A DNA stretch of 57,029 nt, filler included, from Catajapyx aquilonaris (Eukaryota), in the NCBI GenBank assembly GCA_000934665.2. It is 2 parts of 2 records of this genome, joined end to end, with 100 filler letters (N's around TTAATTAATTAA, not from the genome) between each part and the next. Parts side by side here need not be neighbours in the genome. Positions count along the whole stretch, not along the records: positions 28,569 to 57,029 come from KZ539248.1; 1 more part is not named here. The stretch is one strand, 5' to 3'. This document shows, in pieces, positions 50,301-57,029 of this stretch. The notes under the pieces are model-generated. The model saw nothing but the letters and a program-made list of their open reading frames with translations, had not been told where the DNA came from and ran no database searches. A program made the position numbers and the translations under genes. Every line of letters starts with the position of its first letter. Positions within the stretch are counted from its first letter, which is position 1.

Positions 50301-53300
50301 ATGTCTCTCTACCAGTAGACCTAATTTGGTTAGTATCCAAATGGTAGAAGAACCAAAAGCATTTCTCTCAAAGGGACCCCCTCCAGGCAGATTTTATTGA
50401 GTCCAGCACCTTGTAATGCATGGTTTTTCAAGTGTAGGCTACTGGTCCCAGGAAAACTGAGACATTTGCCTCATTGCTTGACCAAACATCTGCTACACAC
50501 ACTGCCTCTGCTGACAGTGCTGTCAGAGGGTTTGGGTTTATTTAGAAGAAGCCAAAGCATCTATGGCTATCTGGCTATAGAAGACGCAAAGGTGGGACAG
50601 ATGGAGAGAGAAACGAAGAGGAAAAAGAAGAGAGGAAAGACTGGTATCTCTTAGTCTGTCTCCTATCCCAAAGACCTGTCCGTCTTGGGTGGCCCTACCA
50701 GTAGACAAAGCTACCTCCGGCATAGCTCTTGGGGTCATGGGAGAAACGCAAACCCCACCACCACGAAAAGGTGAAAATACCATCGGGGGGCTGTCAGAGG
50801 AATTCTTGGTCAGCAACAGTGACAATTTTATGGCACTTGCACCAAACAATTGGTCAAGGAGTATTGCAGGCATCTCAATGGTCTTTGGAGCAACTTCAAT
50901 AAACAATGCATTCCAAGTAATTATTGCAACTTTACCTGTTGTCTCCCTCCCTCTATACCATGTCATTGCATGTCACATGCCTTGAAGCTGTTGGACCCAG
51001 TAAGGTCAATAGGTGTGTTTTATAATATCTCCTGCCTCTCCTACCATTCAGATATGAATCTAATTTTGTCAACTAGTAAATGGGACATGCCTGGATTTTT
51101 CACACATTCTTACCTGCACTTTTTTATTATAATGTCTGTGTAGAGCTGACTGGATCACTTTCATCTAAGTGGACCTTGTACGCCAACTTACAAATGTCCC
51201 ATCCTTAACAGTAACTTCAAATGCACCAGCAATTGCACCACTTGGATCCACCCATAAGAATGTTGCATTAAAGTTGTCACCTGGGCCCCATTGGTGGAAC
51301 AAGCTGGGCTCTGAGAAGGGCCCCAGAGTTTGAAAGTTGTTGCGGAGTAACTGCTCCTTCTGATCATAGTCTGATGATACTAGAAGGGTCTGCTGGAAAT
51401 GAAGCTCTTGTCAAGGCAAGGAGAAATCCTGCGCCTGCCAATTCCTCACCTTGAGTCGTCCAATAGAGCCCATAGTCTTTAATACCTTAAAGCGATAAAC
51501 AGGTTTCACCCACACTTCCAGCTGCATGCTCTTCCTTTGGCTCTTGGAATAAGCTTCATACAGCACAAGAGTCCCCTGCAAATGCAAAATATGCCTTCAA
51601 TGCATCCGACCGTGATCCCACAGTAACAATGAGCCCTACCTTGTATGCATCATTGTGGTGGTAAGAAGTAATTTCTCTAACATTAAGTGGCTGGTACTGA
51701 CACTTCTTGGCAGTGTCACCTAGCAACTTAACATTCAATCTTGAAAGACTTGTTGCTACACTCACAAGTGCATCATCAGGTGGAGGACTCAAATCAGCAT
51801 AATGGTACACATTTTGCCAGTAACTGTGCAGTGTTGGGATATCTGGAAATAGCATTGACTGGGTAATGTAATTCATTAAGTAACAGAGCTGTTTCCTTTA
51901 CCATTACAGTTCATTTATATCTACATAACTGGCAACACTCGTAATTGTTTTCATGTCTTCTCAAAACTCAGTTTGCCATTCCAATACATATTAATGTTCA
52001 GATGTTCTACAGATCCATCAATGCTCAAATGTCACATGCAGATTTCCCTGTGGGTGATCCAGAGCTTGATGATCATGACATATCTCCCTCAACCATGCCC
52101 TCTTATTTCTCAGTGACCCATAAGGCTATGAGAGTTGTTATTGCAGTCACAACCTCCCTATTTGCTAGATTTGGACTATGACACTTGTTACTGCTTCCCA
52201 GCCTGGAAGAGTACTCTGAGGCCAAGGTGTGAGAACTATCAAATAGAATAATTCACCGTGACGACCATGCTCCACACCTTCTAAAAATAAGGCTGCAGCT
52301 GACATTTGAGTAGTAATAATGACATTTAATAAAGTGCACTGGTATAGCAAGGGTATGTTGCAGGATGAGCCAAGAACCTGCTTAAAGTAGTGTTGCAAGT
52401 TATCTTCATATAAATTCTTCTCTATGGAAGTCGGCCTTGTGCAGTGAAGCTTTGATTCTCATATAAACATGTACCTAATGGATATGCACCATACAGCCAT
52501 TCTTCAACCTGGTCAACAACTGCCTGGTTAATAATAGGTTCAAACTTGCGAGCAAAGTAAAGCTGCCGCCCTTCTGTTCCCTGAAATAAAAGCATCCCAT
52601 CATAATAACTTCCTTCACAACTGCAAACACTTTTCATGCAATCTTACCTGCAGCCGAGGCCAATCTTCAGGACGGAAGTCATTTGGACTGCACCCACACC
52701 AGTCAACAACATGCTTGTACTGACACTTGCAACCTAATCGCCTCTTCCAGTTCGTGACATGCAAGTTGTTGTCAACATAAGTGTGGCAAAAACGTGAATT
52801 ACGTAGTACTGTATGAAAAAATGACTGTGGATTAAAAAGATACAATTACACATTACAAATTCATCTCTCACAATTATCCACCACTCACCTCTGCAGGTAA
52901 CAATGTGTACTGGAAAACTATGGAAAGACCTCGTACCAATTCATCCTCATGGTCGCCAGCTACATATTCAACAAAACTTCGTGAAAGAGCAATCCAATCA
53001 CTGCCTCCATCCAATTGAACACCCCATGGCAACTGGCGCTCTCCCACTCGCCACATATGAGCCTCGCATTCAAAAAATGTCTTATCCAGGCCTTGCTTCT
53101 GAATGAAGCGCTGTGCCTCGCGTCCATGTGACTTAACAAAGTTGCGGCCCTTGTTGGCAGTCAAAAAAGTGACCAAGTCGTCATTAGTCCTGAAAATGAA
53201 CGATCTCTTACTGCCAAAATCCATAGATATGTAGGCAATCAAATCAATCTAGTTGGTAACTACAAAGTGAGAAGAAAGTCAAACTGCCCCTTACTACCTA

Positions 53301-54737
53301 AGGAGATCTCATTATCATCATTACATTCATTAGGAATAAGGCTGTACACGGTACTTACAGCCTTCATGCTTTACAAAATAACAATTGAACCATAAAAGTT
53401 GTTAACGTACTTTATAGGAAAATCTGATTCGCTCAGATTAATGACAAAGTCCCATTTCCATTCTTTTAGAGCCAGGAGATCCTTCATACAATGAAGAAGC
53501 ATTTGGAGTAGGCTTGCACCACCCCATATTGTGGCCAAGCGAAAAGAGGAGAGCTTGATATTGCTGAACTGACGCTCCAGTACCATCAGCTCTCGAAACA
53601 AATAATCTTGTCTCTAAATAGAATAGAACAGTTTTAACAAAGAGAGGAAACATGTTTCACAAGTCATGGGGAACATACTCACAGCATCTACATGAATGTA
53701 AAAGTAATGGTCCTCGTGGTACAGAGCCTTGATTAACCTACGAACTTGTCTCACCGATCGTCCATTCAGTGAGAGAATAAAGGCAACATGTGCAGATGCT
53801 TCCTTGGTGTATGGAATCAACAGAGGAAGCACAGGGGAAAATTCTGAAAAAATAATAACAACACTCCTAGCTAGCAATCAATCATCTGACACACTAATTA
53901 TGAACCTTACTTGCAATTCCAGTCTCATAAACGTGGATGGTGAAATATCCTCCACAGTCCAGATCTGATAAAGAGGGGCACTTCATATTGCACGAAGAAT
54001 CAGGAAGACGGGAGGTTGCAGGAGGCTTCTCATTCCCACAAAAGCACTCTGTCCTGCAAGAGCAATTCAGCAGTGAATTACTGCAAACCGTATTGAGGAT
54101 GTGACCACTTACGAGTATTGCACCCCAGCATAAGGGAATCCTGACTGAAGGCACAGATTGATGCACTGCTGGGGGGAATTGTTTGTCTTCAAGTTAGCAA
54201 AATAACCTGCCAGAAGTCTGAAGTTCTTCTGGTCCTGGAAACAACCTAATGACTTGCCCATTACACGCCCTGTAAGGAAAAGGCAAGATAATGTAAGTGG
54301 GACCCTTGATCTATAGCCCATCAGGTACCTTCTGCAGGGCAATAGTGCGGTAAAAACTTTGGATATAGCTGATTTTGTTGCACTAGACAGGTGACGTTGA
54401 CTAACTCCTGTTTGCACCTTTGCGTCCTGGCTCGATGGATTGCCGATATCGCATCTGACACTACAACTTCACACGCGGGCACAAAATCCAGCTCTTCCAC
54501 ACGCAAACTAGTTCGATTTAAGTCTTTAGACAATATTTGGTTGTGCAAGGTTTCCTTGCTACTAGTCTGCTGAATCCTGTCTCCAGCACTAATTCGAAAG
54601 CCATCACTTTTGTCCGGAGGCACCTTTATGTTCCTGTATACTCCATTCCCTGGATTCACTTGATTACTGTTACTTGGACTATCTTCATCATCTGGGAGGT
54701 ACGGTTCCTTCTGTCTAAAGACAGGAAGCCTATCAGA
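47327..54737 (-). CDS. oxt: Protein O-xylosyltransferase (oxt/XYLT), 14 exons; the N-terminal transmembrane exon lies beyond the window
   Basis: Exons 54737-54329, 54269-54113, 54053-53911, 53843-53683, 53613-53411, 53189-52889, 52824-52648, 52580-52475, 51842-51640, 51575-51450, 51392-51192, 47947-47793, 47728-47561, 47501-47327 (2685 nt, in frame). WSC domain, GT14 motifs [45 protein letters not shown]. Confidence 0.95.
48040..48723 (+). mobile_element. Degenerate Tc1/mariner element in an oxt intron
   Basis: TA|CAGGGTG left end. Frameshifted [10 protein letters not shown]...PARSPDLT...KEEVY. Subterminal inverted repeats at about 48094-48140 and 48678-48723. Right end cut by a SINE. Confidence 0.75.
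48726..48940 (+). mobile_element. tRNA-headed SINE, family B
   Basis: A box TGGCCGAGATGG and B box GGTTCGATCCC followed by a non-tRNA body. The 3' end is uncertain. Confidence 0.7.
48942..49379 (-). mobile_element. Rearranged relative of the piggyBac-like MITE at 17060-17532
   Basis: Reverse-complement homology to that element, ends AAGGG|TTAA, internal hairpin at 49004-49182. Confidence 0.8.
49560..50273 (-). pseudogene. Mariner transposase N-terminal remnant
   Basis: [29 protein letters not shown] is a mariner HTH-like segment. TA|CAAGGGCCAGTCAAG terminus near 50273. Confidence 0.7.
50530..50789 (-). mobile_element. Short non-autonomous RTE-derived retroelement (RTE 5'-UTR-like head plus 3' tail)
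   Basis: 11-bp TSD GCTGTCAGAGG at 50519-50529 and 50790-50800. Contains GAGCTATGCCG...GTAGGGCCACCCAAGACGGACAGGTC, resembling RTE/BovB 5' ends. AAACCC-type tail. Second partial copy at about 13440-13595. Confidence 0.75.
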
Positions 54738-56724
54738 CTGTGAAAAGAAAAAATTATATTAAAACATGTCCTCCAGAAATTGGAATATTGAAATATCCAA
54801 GCATTTACTGAAATATCCAAGCATTCCATTGTTTTGCATTTTGAAATAATCACTTGCAAATAAAAGCTGCAGGGCGCCCCAGAGAGTCAAATCTTCTGAC
54901 CCACAAGCCCAGCATGTTTCCATTACACCATAAAACCAATTTGCATTCAAATAAGGAGTTCAAAATACAAAATTAAGTCTTCAAAACACATTGACTTTCT
55001 GAAATGCTTTCCTGCAAGAATCAGAATCAGGAGGAAAATTATTTTTGTAACTAATCTCAAAAAAACTACATATTCCACACATGACGATACATTTCATAAA
55101 TACACCCTAGATCTAAATAAGCAGATTTTTGCGGTTAAATGTCCTAGAATTCCAATTTTCAGAGGGGCTTTATAGAATATGTGGTACCAACTTTAGTACA
55201 TAATGAAATGTTGACACTCACTTTTGAAGAACAATGTCGATATCAAAAAGAGAGTATTCTAATTAAAACAAAACCTTAATACAATGTTAACATGTTCATA
55301 TAACATTTTAAATGCATCTAGTACAGCCAATCATCTGACAACATACAATCATCTTATAACCTGAAGTTAATATTTTTGAACACCACCTATCATGTATGCA
55401 TACTACTGACAGTTCATGAATAGTTCAAGTGATTTATGTCAAGGAGTTGGGCATAGCAGCATCAGCACAATTATAAAGTATACAAAATTAATATATCACA
55501 GCTTGCAATCATACTGTAGGATAAATGATACCTAGTCATGTAATTCAAGCCAATAAATGTTGTTTCCATAATAAAGACAGTGTGAGCCCAAGCTATTTCA
55601 TTAGAATACATTTTAAATATTATTGTTATTTCCTTAAAAGCGCTGCTGAGTGCAATGTTTTTTTCTTGCACTGTCTCACATTTAGGGTAATTGTATTATA
55701 TGTTATTAAAACTGAATCACACACACATAACACTATAACAGAGCAATATGCCTCCTATGAAACACCAACTTCATGTTATATTTCTTCACATATTTAATAT
55801 ATTTATCATTGAAAAATATATTTCAAGATAATAGACCACCATTCCTTTAAGAAGACTAATTCATGTTCAATAATATTAACATTCACCCTTACCGATTAGT
55901 AAAAACATTAAGTAGTCAAAAAGAAAATTAAGTAGAATGGACAGACACTTAAACAATCAACATCATTAACTACAACAAGTGTTTGCATTATACATGATAA
56001 CCATTACACATTCAAGTCACCCCACTCTATATCCCCTATACTCCTACGCTATGAACCCTACCCTACTCCTTTGCTCATCAGGATGGAACAGAACCTTTCA
56101 CATAACAGCAGCTAGCTGAACATATCTATTTGCTCATGTAGGCTGTCACTGTTGCACAATATGGTTCCCAGAGTACACACAGTATAGCAGAGCATCCCTA
56201 CCTTAAGCACAATATTTGAAGTGATACTGCTATTGTATGCCGAGTTTCACTGTGCAACAGAACTGACATATTCTCACAGCCTGTACTCTCGCCCATTTTC
56301 ATTGTAACATTATTTTAGTATGGTACCAGAAGCATTTTAAAAAATTTGGCAAGGATCAAAATTACGGAAATCTACCTCGGTTATTGTCGCATGCCGGCCA
56401 CCCTCGGGTTATACCAGCATGCTGGTCGACCTCGTTTTACACCGGTGTGCCGCAATATGAGAGGTAATACGGTAATATCATAGATGACAACACACATTTG
56501 GGAAGGCCTACAGCATAGGCAGAAAAGAACATTGGAGATTTTTTGTAGTCTCTAAAAAGGCAGGCAGATTTACCATGCACATAGTGGTTTCATAGGAAGC
56601 AAGATATCATAAATTCAGAGTTGGAGTAGCATTTATAAAATCATGCAAGGCTCAATGCTGTTATGTTTATTGCCAAGCATGTCATGGCCATACCCAAGAT
56701 GTTTGTCATCATTATGTATTTATA

Positions 56725-57029
56725 GGGTCATTCCATGTCAAATCATCACAGCGATAGGCCTTGACCCCTCAGATTTTGATGAAACTTGGTGTGTCTAGTG
56801 TCCCTACATAGTTATGAATGAAAAACAAAAGAAATAATTTTTTTGGCCTACCATTCAAGAGTTATTAAATATTAAATATTCCAATTTTGACTAAAAATTG
56901 CTGCGTCTTGAAATACTCAAGTATTATTTTCCCAGGAACCAGATGAGATATAAACCTGGGGAATGTCTCATATTGAAGGTCTTTCTATGGGCTTTAATTT
57001 GATATGTAACACGGCAGAGGTTATCATAT
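56725..57029. mobile_element. Terminus of a second Sola-like element running off the window
   Basis: GGGTCATTCCATG terminus and TGAAACTTGGT motif resemble the foldback end (GGGCAATTCCATG...TGAAATTTGGT). Confidence 0.5.

Overview
Eukaryotic, intron-rich genomic DNA from an insect; ZAD-ZNF genes and a WSC-containing xylosyltransferase point to an arthropod, and the order cannot be fixed from sequence alone. From left to right it contains: (1) a tandem minus-strand array of four paralogous ZAD (zf-AD)-C2H2 zinc-finger genes, three complete with identical 5-exon structure and one running off the left edge; (2) an intronless BTB/POZ-C2H2 gene; (3) the first exon of an unidentified mitochondrial-targeted protein and a Helitron remnant, both cut by an artificial 100-nt scaffold join (N44-TTAATTAATTAA-N44); (4) a complete 10-exon mitochondrial aconitase gene that needs a GC-AG intron; (5) a transposon-rich interval with nested mariner/Tc1, pogo, Kolobok, Harbinger, piggyBac-like, Sola-like foldback and SINE elements; (6) 14 exons of protein xylosyltransferase (oxt/XYLT) on the minus strand. 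The most striking unexplained signal is in the ZAD array. Every paralog has a single upstream short ORF (a 4-codon M-x-S-x-TGA in three of four), two paralogs share a promoter motif at identical spacing, and the three complete paralogs share an unannotated C-terminal motif and show mosaic finger evolution. All exon and element coordinates were read by eye.
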